A stretch of DNA of 64,000 nucleotides from Trypanosoma brucei (taxonomy: Eukaryota): NCBI GenBank assembly GCA_000002445.1, contig CP000071.1:2417191-2481190 (forward strand), read 5' to 3'. Both the position numbers and the translations under genes were made by a program. The notes under the pieces are model-generated. The model had not been told where the DNA came from, did not search any database, and worked only from the letters and a program-made list of their open reading frames with translations. How positions within the stretch are numbered: position 1 is the stretch's first letter; every line of letters starts with the position of its first letter. Positions 11,653-22,274 of this stretch are shown piece after piece.

Positions 11653-12434
11653 CATTTCGAGGGAATTGGCAAGCGGTGATTTGTCGTTCCTTGCGTATGT
11701 GGAGGAGACAAAGTAGCTTTTATGGGAAGCATCATCTATGTATATGTTGAATTGTGTGAAACTTTCTGTGTCGCCCACAACTATCGAATTGTTAGGACAG
11801 CAACTCCTGCGCATCCTACGTTGTAGTTCCTGTCAGTATCGCCACATTTGTTCTGACCTTTTCTCCCTCAGTGATGGTGATTATCTTTGTGAGGAAGAAT
11901 TGCGACAAAAAACTGTTAATCGCACGTATCTGAGTGCAACATGTATGACAGAGAGTCTGTCGTGCTGACTGGATGTAGTGAACAAACAAAGGGCGATGTG
12001 TTAGTGTTGTTTAATGCCCTCCCAGGTGGGCACGTCGCATGTGACTCGCAGCCACGTTAGCAGCTGGGGAGAGGGGCCACAGTGACTTATTGAAATCAGT
12101 TTGTCCCGTGGGGAAGTGCCGATGCAGTTTAATGAATATATAATTTCCCTTTCACAACTGTTATTTGGAAGCTAATGTGCGGCCATCCCTCTCTGCGCGG
12201 TTGATTTTCACAGGAAACTGTGCGCGCCACCGCACTTCTCAGCATGCCTAAACTTACGGGACAAAACACATTCTCCTCCGCTTGTCTTATTCCTTGTTAC
12301 AAAAACCGACTATTTTGACGTGTGTTCTCGGTCTAGCATAGTTCCACCAAACCAGCAATCATTTACTCGAAGCGTTAAGCAGAATTAAGACCATTGTTGG
12401 TAAGTTTGATCGACTGGCTCATTATCTGTAGCAC

Positions 12435-12833
12435 ATGTACTTCGAAGAGGAAGAGAATAATGATGACTACAATAAGGCTGAAGGTGATGAGTCACCACGC
12501 AGTCGAGCATCTTCAAACGTGTCAGACATGCCGATGCCTCCTCTTCCGCCCCCAACACCACCAGCCGATGTATACGGCTTAGCTACAGAGGAGATTTACA
12601 GCATCATCAAAGAATTACGGCGGCAGATTGATGACCCAACAACCCACCATGACATCAAGGCCATGCTGAAGAAGGAACCTTCCATTCTTTTGGCCGTCAC
12701 TCGGGTCCTGCATGAGTCCGGACTCCTACGACGTGGTGTTGTGAATGCACATGGACAAGTGGAGGAGCAGATTGTGCCCCTTCCTGAAGCCCCAGCCCCG
12801 CCGTTGCCAACGGGGTATAGCAGTTGGGTATAG
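12435..12833 (+). CDS. Small hypothetical protein (132 aa) with Pro-rich motifs (PPLPPPTPP, PEAPAPPLP).
   Basis: ATG start at 12435. The codon usage looks like that of the neighbouring genes. It is short, so confidence is low. Confidence 0.3.
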   Translation: MYFEEEENNDDYNKAEGDESPRSRASSNVSDMPMPPLPPPTPPADVYGLATEEIYSIIKELRRQIDDPTTHHDIKAMLKKEPSILLAVTRVLHESGLLRRGVVNAHGQVEEQIVPLPEAPAPPLPTGYSSWV

Positions 12834-13940
12834 GTGAATGTCCAAAGCTGTTGTTGCACACAAGTTAATAACATCCGCTTCGCCGTTAACACTCCGTACA
12901 CATTTCAGGCTCGTCGTGGGAATCGGACATGTAGGTTTATACGCGTGCCTGACTGTTACGCATTGCACCAACCCCCAAATTTACGTTTGGTTGACTAGGA
13001 AGTTAGGGTTGAAACTAGTAGGAAAGTAATGGCAAACACGGCTCTGCTGGAGCGAGAATATGCGCTACCACCGATGGGCGAGCTGTGCTTAGCGACCGCA
13101 AGCAGCGGCGGCGCTGCAACCGTTACGCTTCTTGCTCATAGTGTCGGTGAAAGTCTGTAACCGCGCGCTAGTGCTTTTTTGACAGAGTTGTTTCCAGGTG
13201 TGCGTTACCCTAATTATTTTTTTACGTGCTTCCTGTAGCTTAAACACCTAGCTCTTCTTCCTGATAGTCGCTACGGAGATCATGCTCTTCATCGGATGAA
13301 ATCGTCGCTGTAGTCCACTGAAAGAGGCGGCACATCAAAAGGCAGTTGCAATGAACGGCTTATATGAAACACTCTCGTTAACGCAGGGAAAAAGTTGTTG
13401 CTATAAGAATGTTTGCTACTCTACTTACTCAAATACACGGTAAGATTAGCCCAAGTTGTCAATGCCAATATCTCAGTGTCACCACCTCTTTCACGGATAC
13501 AAAACTTTCACTTCTCATATTAAGGTTTCGCAGTCGATCTCACCGCCACCAGATGTCACCAATAAGAAAATACTCCCCTAGTTCTATACATGCGCCCTAA
13601 TTTCTGCCACACATTCTACTAATTTTGTTGTTTCGTTCCTTCTCTTATCCTTATTGCTTCAGGGTTTGTGTAGGTAAAGAAGTGTCATGACGTGATGTGT
13701 ATTGGCTGCGTGTATTTGAAGCCAGACGCTGGTGAAGACTGACAGCTTATAGTCGGTAAGAACTGTTAGTTTACTATACGTGTGGGTTAACAGTAACTAT
13801 CCCCTCCTTCTGTTGCCGTTTCATGGTTCGATGGCGTAGAGAAATTAACTGTGCGTTGTTATACTGACAGTGCTTCTATTGTTGCAGTGGGATTTTGTTT
13901 TCTTGCGATGTGAGCAGCATTACACTTTGCTGCTTTCCCT

Positions 13941-13999
13941 TTTTCCAATGCACATGTTCACCTTTCGTGTTTAATTGCTTGTTATCACAATTCCAATAG
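13941..13999 (+). promoter_or_regulatory. Putative spliced-leader acceptor region (polypyrimidine tract plus AG) for the A-type AAT copy. It is repeated upstream of the second A-type copy at about 22180-22238.
   Basis: A pyrimidine-rich run (ccctttttccaatgcacatgttcacctttcgtgtttaattgcttgttatcacaattccaatAG) ends in AG at 13998-13999, 37 nt upstream of the ATG at 14036. Confidence 0.3.
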
Positions 14000-14035
14000 G
14001 TTAGGTCACATTATTCCTTGCGTAGTGGAAGTGAA

Positions 14036-15418
14036 ATGCGAGCCACCAAAAAGCATCCGAATGATGGAAAGGGAGCCACTACCGATCCATTTGTTGACGG
14101 CAGCGATCCAATTCCTTCTGAGGTCGCTGCTTTCGATCCTTTGCAGCAGGAACATGTTGATGTGGTAAAGGAAGTGAAACCCTCGCTTTTCGCCGTACTT
14201 CTTGAGAAGTTTATTCCCCATGGTGGATTGTGGTCCTGTGCCCTGAACCTGGCCTCTGCTACATTGGGTGCTGGCATTTGCTCACTGCCTGCAGGTTTCA
14301 ATTTGAGTGGGATTGTTATGTCCTGCATTTACCTTGTTTGCGTTGCGGTTGGCACGGTGTACTCTCTTAATCTTCTTGCAAAGGTTGCAGTGAAGACGGG
14401 ATCGCGTAATTACGGAGAAGCTGCCAAAGCAGTGATGGGTCCACTTGCTGGTTACTACACGGCAGCGCTTATGATAGTGATGTGTTTTGGCGGCTCCGTT
14501 GCTTACATCATCATTATTGGTATCATTTTGAAGGCTGTGCTCAATCGTGATGGTGTTCCGGAATATTTGAAATCAGAAAGTGGTAATCGGCTAATGACAT
14601 CCATGGTGTGGTTGGTGATTATCTTGCCTATGTGCATTCCCAAGCAGGTTAATTCATTGCGCCACTTATCCTTTGTGGGTGTGATGTTTATTGTGTATTT
14701 TTCATGTGTTGTTATTGGCCATTCCATTAATAAGATCATTAATGAGGGTGTCGCTGATGGCATCGTGTACATGCGCACTGGAAATAGCGCTTTAGATGGC
14801 TTATCACTATTTCTCTTCTCATTTATCTGCCAGCCGAACGCATTTGAAATATTCCGTGAGATGAAACACCGGTCGCCGCAACGCTTCACAATATATGGTA
14901 CTGTCGGCATGTCAATGTGTGCTGTGCTTTACTTCCTGGTTGGTTTATTTGGTTATTTGGAGTTTGGAGGGGATGCCATTGACACAGTGCTGTCTCTATA
15001 TGATCCAGGTGAGAATGTTGCCGTTGCAATTGCGTACATTGGGGTTGCTGCCAAGGTTTGTGTTGCCTTTGCTTTGCACATCATACCAATGCGTGATGCA
15101 CTGTACCATTGTACGGGTTGGCATGTTGATACTGTACCGTACTGGAAGCATTCCCTCATTGTGACGTCTATTACTTTAGCGGCTCTACTAATGGGACTCT
15201 TCATTCCGAAAGCATCCACTGTTTTTGGTCTCGTTGGTGCTTTCTGTGGCGGTCATATCGGACTTGTGTTGCCTCCGTTGTTCTACATGTACTCAGGTGG
15301 CTTCACGAGGGAAAAAGTTGGTAATATTGATTTCTTTGGCACTTATCTCCTTCTTTTTGTTGGTGTTGTGGCTGTTGTATTTGGCACGGTTTCAACAATA
15401 TACAACACGGTGCCGTAG
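14036..15418 (+). CDS. Amino acid transporter (Aa_trans / kinetoplastid AAT family), A-type copy 1, 460 aa.
   Basis: The track start at 14018 is TTG and the first ATG is at 14036 (MRATKKHPNDGKG...). It has a hydrophilic N-terminus followed by about 11 hydrophobic segments. Conserved motifs: FIPHGGLWSCALNLASATLGAGICSLP and MYSGGFTREKVGN. It is near-identical to the copy at 22275. Confidence 0.85.
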   Translation: MRATKKHPNDGKGATTDPFVDGSDPIPSEVAAFDPLQQEHVDVVKEVKPSLFAVLLEKFIPHGGLWSCALNLASATLGAGICSLPAGFNLSGIVMSCIYLVCVAVGTVYSLNLLAKVAVKTGSRNYGEAAKAVMGPLAGYYTAALMIVMCFGGSVAYIIIIGIILKAVLNRDGVPEYLKSESGNRLMTSMVWLVIILPMCIPKQVNSLRHLSFVGVMFIVYFSCVVIGHSINKIINEGVADGIVYMRTGNSALDGLSLFLFSFICQPNAFEIFREMKHRSPQRFTIYGTVGMSMCAVLYFLVGLFGYLEFGGDAIDTVLSLYDPGENVAVAIAYIGVAAKVCVAFALHIIPMRDALYHCTGWHVDTVPYWKHSLIVTSITLAALLMGLFIPKASTVFGLVGAFCGGHIGLVLPPLFYMYSGGFTREKVGNIDFFGTYLLLFVGVVAVVFGTVSTIYNTVP

Positions 15419-16175
15419 TATGATGATGATTTCTACGCGGGTATGTTCTTGGTGCACACATACTTTATTTTTTATCCATAGGTATTGCTTGTGTATATCC
15501 ACATGCGCAAATATATATTTATATATTTGTACCGTGTAATATTTAATGGGTTGTGATTTCTTTCATTTTCTTTGCAGTAGCAATATTTCTATGGATCTTC
15601 ATCTTTCGGTTGCTCCCACATCTTGTCAGTGATTTATCACTATTATTACATTCTTTTGTGAAAATTATATATGTCGTTTCTTTATGATAACTGAATCCAG
15701 TTATTCATTTGTCGTACTCCCTTTTGTTTCCATTTTCCCCAAAAGGAGAGAGCACACACAACGGTTGGTGTCCCTTTCCACACTTGTTGTTATTGTTATC
15801 ATTATTATCGGGCTAAACTTAGCATTATTCCTCCCCTAGTGTCACTGCTGCTGTCAACTGGGTTATTGTTGTATCTCTTCTCTTTTGTCAGTCTTAGTGA
15901 TTCAACTGTTGGAGGAAAAGATCAGGGGCAAGACGTTGTGGTAACGTGTAACGAGATCGGATATCTGTGTTTGAGTTACTGGTTCCGTTTTTTGTTTGCA
16001 GTACACATCTCTTTGTTTGTCGACTTCCTATTGACTTCCAGCACTTTGTATAGAGTTTGCTACAGATGTATTTATTATCTTCTTTCTGGTATGTCTTTCA
16101 AAATCTCTTCGTTTTCACTTGGATGTTATATTACTATCTTGAAGCGTAAGGTTCGTATCATAATACGCTACCAAT

Positions 16176-17561
16176 ATGACGAATCAATCCAGCGGGGGCA
16201 ATGACAGGGGCCGTCGTGACACGGATCCTTTTGCTCACGCTGGTGATGTAAAATTATCTTCTGACGCTATTGCACTTGATGTAACTCAGAAAGGCCAGGA
16301 TGATGTGGTAAAGGAAGTGAAACCCTCGCTTTTCGCCGTACTTCTTGAGAAGTTTATTCCCCATGGTGGATTGTGGTCCTGTGCCCTGAACCTGGCCTCT
16401 GCTACATTGGGTGCTGGCATTTGCTCACTTCCGACTGGTTTCAATTTGAGTGGGATTGTTATGTCCTGCATTTACCTTGTTTGCGTTGCGGTTGGCACGG
16501 TGTACTCTCTTAATCTTCTTGCAAAGGTTGCAGTGAAGACGGGATCGCGTAATTACGGAGAAGCTGCGCGGATGGTGATGGGTCCACTTACTGGTTACTA
16601 CGCGGCAGCGCTTATGATAGCGATGTGCTTTGGAGGTAACGTTGCTTACATCATCATTATTGGTATCATTTTGAAGGCTGTGCTCAATCGTGATAGTGTT
16701 CCGGAATATTTGAAATCAGAAAGTGGTAATCGGCTAATGACATTCATGGTGTGGTTGGTGATTATCTTGCCTATGTGCATTCCCAAGCGGGTTAATTCAT
16801 TGCGCCACTTATCCTTTGTGGGTGTGATCGCTATTGCTTATTTCGCATTTTTCATTGTTGGCCATTCCATTAATAAGATCATTAATGAGGGTGTCGCTGA
16901 TGACATCGTGTACATGCGCACTGGAAATAGCGCTTTAGATGGCTTATCACTATTTCTCTTCTCATTTATCTGCCAGTCGAACGCATTTGAAATATTCCGT
17001 GAGATGAAACACCGGTCGCCGCAACGCTTCACAATATATGGTATTGTGGGTGTTGTGATGTGTGCTGTGCTTTACTTCCTGGTTGGTTTATTTGGTTATT
17101 TGGAGTTTGGAGGGAAATCTGTTGACACAGTGCTGTCTCTATATGATCCAGGTGAGAATGTTGCCCTTGCAATTGCGTATATTGGAATTGCAATTAAAAT
17201 AACAGTTGCTCATGCTCTACACTCTATTCCCATACGTGACGGTCTGTACCATTGTGTGGGTTGGCATGTTGATACTGTACCGTATTGGAAGCATGTTGTT
17301 GTGGTTGTAACTATTAACTTTACCTCACTGATTATTGGACTCTTCATTCCGAAAGCATCCACTGTTTTTGGTCTCGTTGGTGCTTTCTGTGGTGGTCATA
17401 TCGGACTTGTGTTGCCTCCGTTGTTCTACATGTACTCAGGTGGCTTCACGAGGGAAAAAGTTGGTAATATTGATTTCTTTGGCACTTATCTCCTTCTTTT
17501 TGTTGGTGTTGTGGCTGTTGTATTTGGCACGGTAACGACCATAGCCGGTGCACTGTCTTGA
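16176..17561 (+). CDS. Amino acid transporter (AAT family), B-type copy 1, 461 aa. This is the most diverged member of the array.
   Basis: ATG at 16176 (MTNQSSGGNDRGRRDTDP...). It has the same core as the A-type copies. It carries unique substitutions (VIAIAYFAFFIVGH; GKSVDT) and a unique C-terminus (TVTTIAGALS). Confidence 0.85.
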   Translation: MTNQSSGGNDRGRRDTDPFAHAGDVKLSSDAIALDVTQKGQDDVVKEVKPSLFAVLLEKFIPHGGLWSCALNLASATLGAGICSLPTGFNLSGIVMSCIYLVCVAVGTVYSLNLLAKVAVKTGSRNYGEAARMVMGPLTGYYAAALMIAMCFGGNVAYIIIIGIILKAVLNRDSVPEYLKSESGNRLMTFMVWLVIILPMCIPKRVNSLRHLSFVGVIAIAYFAFFIVGHSINKIINEGVADDIVYMRTGNSALDGLSLFLFSFICQSNAFEIFREMKHRSPQRFTIYGIVGVVMCAVLYFLVGLFGYLEFGGKSVDTVLSLYDPGENVALAIAYIGIAIKITVAHALHSIPIRDGLYHCVGWHVDTVPYWKHVVVVVTINFTSLIIGLFIPKASTVFGLVGAFCGGHIGLVLPPLFYMYSGGFTREKVGNIDFFGTYLLLFVGVVAVVFGTVTTIAGALS

Positions 17562-19789
17562 CACATTAGATTGCAAATGGAGCGTCTATGGATGTTTAAC
17601 CTTTATGAATCCTCCTGTAGGAATTTGTGTGTGTAAATGAGAATTTCTTGATTCAATAAATAATTCTTTTGATAGAACCAAAAAAAGTAGTAATTAATTA
17701 AATGTGGTAAATATCTTTTCTTATATTTTTGTTTTCATTCCTTTGGCTGCCTGCACGGCGTCGGTAATAATTGTAATTTGTACCGGTGCTGTTGGGACAG
17801 GTTGGTAGTTTGGCCTCCAGCTCAACCTGTAAGGGTGAGGGGGAATAGCCATGGTGATGGCATTAATTTTAACTTAAGGAGAAAGGGACCAACTGAGCAT
17901 AAAGGGCAACTTTAAGGAAATATATAAGGTTTAGGCAATATATACACGCAGGTATGTCTTGGGTGTAGAAACCCATGTGACTTATTTGCGTGACGTTTTT
18001 GCTTTCATTTTTCATTTTTTTTTTTTGGAAACCCTGCGTTACCAATGGTTTTGGATATGGGATTACATGGTATTATTTTGTACGAATTTCCTTATATAAA
18101 TACACTGTCTTCTCCAATATTTTACAGCTGCCTGCCAGAGGGTGTAAGTTCTAGAAAGAAAAAAATATGTTTTATGATATCAAAGATGCTGCCTCATACA
18201 CGATCGATTTTCAGAGAGAGAGGGTAATAAATGTCACGGCTTTTATGGAATCTGTTCGCCAAAAGGGACCAGCATCTTTTTCTTTCGACTTTGAACCAGT
18301 ACAGAACCCGAGGGATGCATACCACGTGGATGGAATTCTGACAATCGAGGATGAAAACCCTAATGGTGTTTACTTTGACCGCGAACAGAAAATGGATCTG
18401 GGATCGCTGAGGCAATTGATGGTAAGTTTTGTGTTGCCTAGAAACTCAGATTTCCTAAAGGCTTTTTGAAGAGGCGAGAGAAGCAATGAATTTGGGGGCT
18501 TTAATATTTCCCTACCTATACTCCACCACAAGGGAAAAAACCAACACAACGGAGAAAGTTACACTGGAGGACGGTAACAACTACTACTACTCCTACCCTT
18601 TGTCCGCCAATGAGTTACCCGACACGGACGGGAATAGTACGACCCTTACGCGCAGAAAAGTCGACAGCAGCTCAACGTATGAGAGGAGCCTTTCAAGAGA
18701 TCTGGGAAATGTCAAATGGAAATTAAAAACATGCAACAAGGTGGTCGTCGGTGAACGACGTCAAGGTTATTCTAGCTTCTACGCACGATTCGTATATTGT
18801 GACACTGGTTTCAGAAGAAAACAAAGTAGCAAAAAGGATGTGGACACACACAACTTGGGACAAACAGAAAGGGTCCATAATCCGAAGGTTCTATGCGTTT
18901 GCAGACAAACACGGACTACCGGCTGTCGAAACGACAATCCCCTTGTTTATTGTAAGTTTGCAACTGGCAAAGAGCACCACCATACAGTACACAAGGACAC
19001 TACTATCATTACTAGCCGCAGAGCATACACCAGCGCGAATGTATTTGTAGCCGGACTATGCAGAATGACAGGGGGAAATACCATAAAACAGGCTTGACCC
19101 ATGTTGCGTTGGGAGCTCGATCTCGTATGCGACACTTTAACACTGGAGCGGGATCGAGTAGCTTTAAGACTATCCTGAATCACAGCTAGCAGATGGGGAG
19201 AAATAGCAGAGCTACAACAAGAGAATTTTGTGCTCCATCCACAAGACAAAAAAGATGATGCCATAGTGGTAAACTGAGGAGCACTCCCAAAGACATTCAA
19301 AAGCGACACACACAGAACCGCGAAGTATGTGGTGATAAGCGGAGAAGATGCAGGAAGGATCCGAAGGGTAATCAGGGAAATGGAGGGTAGTGAAAAGCTC
19401 ATAGCCATTACAACGAAGGGAATGGAAACAATATTCTGCCCATTTGGGGTGACTGCACATTCAATAAAGAGAGGGGCTTTGGCACACCCAGAGTTGGCAT
19501 TAGTGGCGTAAAAACACACGCCCTCGATTCAATATTATTAACACAATTGGGAAAGCACACAAACCCTCAGGAGCTTCCTCGAAGCACGGTAGGACGCTAT
19601 CTGTGTCTATGGACCGCCACCATCAACAAGTCGGAGTTGCGCATGACTGTGCTGATGTAAAACCCCTGAAAAGGGGAAAAACAGATTTACCATGGGATAT
19701 GCCAGATAATTCCCGCCAAGCAGGGATAGCTTTAGTAACCAGGAGTAAAACATTTTCAAGGGCATAGCATCACACGACGTTCGCAAGGA

Positions 19790-21300
19790 CCACGGGTGGC
19801 GTCTAAGGAAGAAGAGATGACATTGCCTCTTCAGGAAGTAAATGTGGGCACATTGTATTTAGAACGGGTACGAAGACGAATGAAGGAGGAGACGCGGCAA
19901 CGGTTTGAGAAGGTATGGAACTTGAAGATTGCCACAGAAGGAAAATCGAAAGAAAGAGACAGGGAGTCACATTTGCGGATTGCGGAAAAAGACGCTGTAA
20001 TCATAAAAGAAGCAGGTGTTATAAGCCAACCTTCGGATCTTCCTACAAAGGGATGGGTCATACCTTTTTCAGTTGTGGAGTAGAAGTCGGCAGGAAAAAG
20101 ACGCCGATTTATTGCTTGGTCCAAGGTAAAAAATGCCAAAAATGATTACGAGGCCGAAGTCCCGTTGGGATATATATCCCAATATCTAAGTGCAGTTTAT
20201 GATGAATCCGCAGGGTTGTTTGATTTAAAGGCTTCTTTTTTTCCGGATGAACATGCCACAAAAGACATTTGAGTGTGTCTCCGCTGTTGCACAGAAAAGT
20301 GGGGAACTCGTAGAATTGAATCAACTCCAATTGGTTAATAAATGAAGTCATGAAATTGTAAAGACATCACGAGAGTTTTGGCAGGAGATCCTGGGGCAGC
20401 GAAACCACAATATGCGGCCACCAACGAATTGAGGGCGCACACATGGATCGACAACATCCGTATCAGTAGACCACACAAAACGGTCAAGGAATGGGGGGAC
20501 CACATTGCTAAAAATATGAAAGAGTGCGGAGTAAATGTTGATGAGCAAAGAAATGGCAACACGTTACGAATTTATCGGGTTTTTATTTGAGCATGACAAA
20601 CAGACGGTTTTGTTGAATGCAAAGACAATGCGGCGGATTCGAGAATCGGCTCCACTCGAGGTAGCGACCATACAACAGATGGAGAGAGTTGTATTCTGCA
20701 TGATATATGCGGCTGGGGTTAGGGGAGAACCACTTTTTTCTTACTATACTTTCTTTTAAATGATGCGTTGGCGTTTATCTCGCCTAAATATGGGTTTGGT
20801 AAACCCCTCCGATTTGGTTTTTCTGCCAAAAAGTGTATTGAAGCTGGAGAAGCAGTGGATGAGCGAGTTGTTGAAAAATGTGCCAGTGGTTCCACCACAG
20901 GCTCAGCCCACTACGGCCACGCTGGTGACAGATGCCTCCGTGCAGGGATGGGGAGGGATGTCATTTAAAGGTACAGGAGAGATTATAATAGCAGGAGGCT
21001 CCTGGGAAACGGCACCTCATATGATATCATAAGGAGAAGTGCGAGCGATTCAATTCGCATTGTTAGCGATTCGGGGGCGTTTCGATGGGCCATTGCACAT
21101 ATGTGTGGATAACACTGCTGTAATGCATATTATGAGAAAAGGCAACACGCATTCAAGCGCCCTAGTGCGATAGGCATCTGCAAAAAACAGGATATTACGA
21201 CAAGAACGGATAAGTGCCATATGGAGCTACGTACATTCCGGGATAAATCCGGCCGATGGGGCGTCTCGAGGGTTACTTGCCATGGGGTAGGACTTAGCGA
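19790..21300 (+). mobile_element. Degenerate retrotransposon remnant (RT/RNase H-like; ingi/DIRE-like or VIPER-like). Boundaries are uncertain.
   Basis: A chain of short ORFs interrupted by frame shifts and stops (19796-20083, 20378-20590, 20535-20759, 20760-21032) ends in a clear RNase H signature. It sits in a block (17562-21822) that is absent from the other array units. Confidence 0.5.
20760..21290 (+). pseudogene. RNase H domain remnant of a retroelement pol, disrupted by two in-frame stops.
   Basis: One frame reads ...LVTDASVQGWGGM..GGSWETAPHMIS*GEVRAIQFALLAIRGRFDGPLHICVDNTAVMHIMRKGNTHSSALVR*ASAKNRILRQERISAIWSYVHSGINPADGASRGLLAMG*. This matches the RNase H motifs (TDAS/GxG; E..A.L.A; DN..V; H.G...AD.LA). 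The stops are TAA at 21030-21032 and TAG at 21171-21173. Confidence 0.6.
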
Positions 21301-22274
21301 AGGAAAGCGCGGGAGGCGGGATGAGAACGCTTTCAGCTCTTCCACATAGTTAGTAAATTATCGTTTAAGATCATAGTTTGTGTAGGATGATGAGGAACGC
21401 TTACTGTTTCTTCAGCATGATAGTTATTTCCTATATATATATTTCTATGAAGTAAAGGGAAGGTGAACACAAAGCTATTCGGTTTTCAGTTGAAAAAATA
21501 AATGTATTGTATTAAGGTTCTTTTCGGATACTGTGATGACGTATGTTTTTCCCTCCTTGTGCTAAATTTCTTTTTCGCTGGTATTCCTCTTTCCATAGAT
21601 TCGTGGCTTCCTACCGTTTGGAACGATTACGGACCCCTACACACAATAAGTAAATTTCTTATATATTTCCTTTATATATTTCCTTTATATATATTCTTTA
21701 TATATTTGTTTTTGATTTCTTTGGAGTTTTTAAGTCTATTTCTCGTTTGTTTTTTTGTATTCCTGTCTCGCATTTGCCATGTTGTCATTATGTCTGTAAC
21801 CGAGATTGTCGTCGAGTGATGCCTATACATGCGCCCTAATTTCTGCCACACATTCTACTAATTTTGTTGTTTCGTTCCTTCTCTTATCCTTATTGCTTCA
21901 GGGTTTGTGTAGGTAAAGAAGTGCCATGACGTGATGTGTATTGGCTGCGTGTATTTGAAGCCAGACGCTGGTGAAGACTGACAGCTTATAGTCGGTAAGA
22001 ACTGTTAGTTTACTATACGTGTGGGTTAACAGTAACCATCCCCTCCTTCTGTTGCCGTTTCATGGTTCGATGGCGTAGAGAAATTAACTGTGCGTTGTTA
22101 TACTGACAGTGCTTCTATTGTTGCAGTGGGATTTTGTTTTCTTGCGATGTGAGCAGCATTACACTTTGCTGCTTTCCCTTTTTCCAATGCACATGTTCAC
22201 CTTTCGTGTTTAATTGCTTGTTATCACAATTCCAATAGGTTAGGTCACATTATTCCTTGCGTAGTGGAAGTGAG

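Noticed and set aside
11275-11814. A 179-aa minus-strand ORF overlapping the 3' end of the coiled-coil gene.
   Set aside because: It is antisense to a well-supported long + strand CDS and has no start or stop context of its own. The regular codon structure of the coiled-coil gene tends to leave open frames on the opposite strand.
13826-13850. A GGTTCGATGG motif inside the U element that superficially resembles a tRNA T-arm.
   Set aside because: It lacks the full GGTTCGANTCC consensus and has no flanking acceptor or anticodon stem structure. It is repeated with U, so it is not a tRNA.
14503-14910. A 135-aa minus-strand ORF (MPTVPYIVKRCGDRCFISRN...) that recurs at 22742-23149, 24885-25292 and 27021-27428.
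   Set aside because: It is antisense to the AAT coding sequence and recurs only because the AAT genes are repeated. The sense strand has the strong transporter signature, so this is an antisense shadow ORF.
15839-16204. A 121-aa + strand ORF (MSLLLSTGLLLYLF...) that recurs at 24078-24443 and 26214-26579.
   Set aside because: It lies in the A-to-B intergenic element I and starts at a non-ATG codon. It is Cys/Leu/Phe-rich low-complexity translation of pyrimidine-rich UTR-like sequence. It runs into the B-copy start in another frame.
18167-19097. + strand ORFs of 100 and 203 aa in the inter-unit block upstream of the retroelement remnant.
   Set aside because: There is no recognisable domain or start context. 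They may be decayed gag/ORF1-like parts of the same dead retroelement or chance ORFs. I have not called them as genes.
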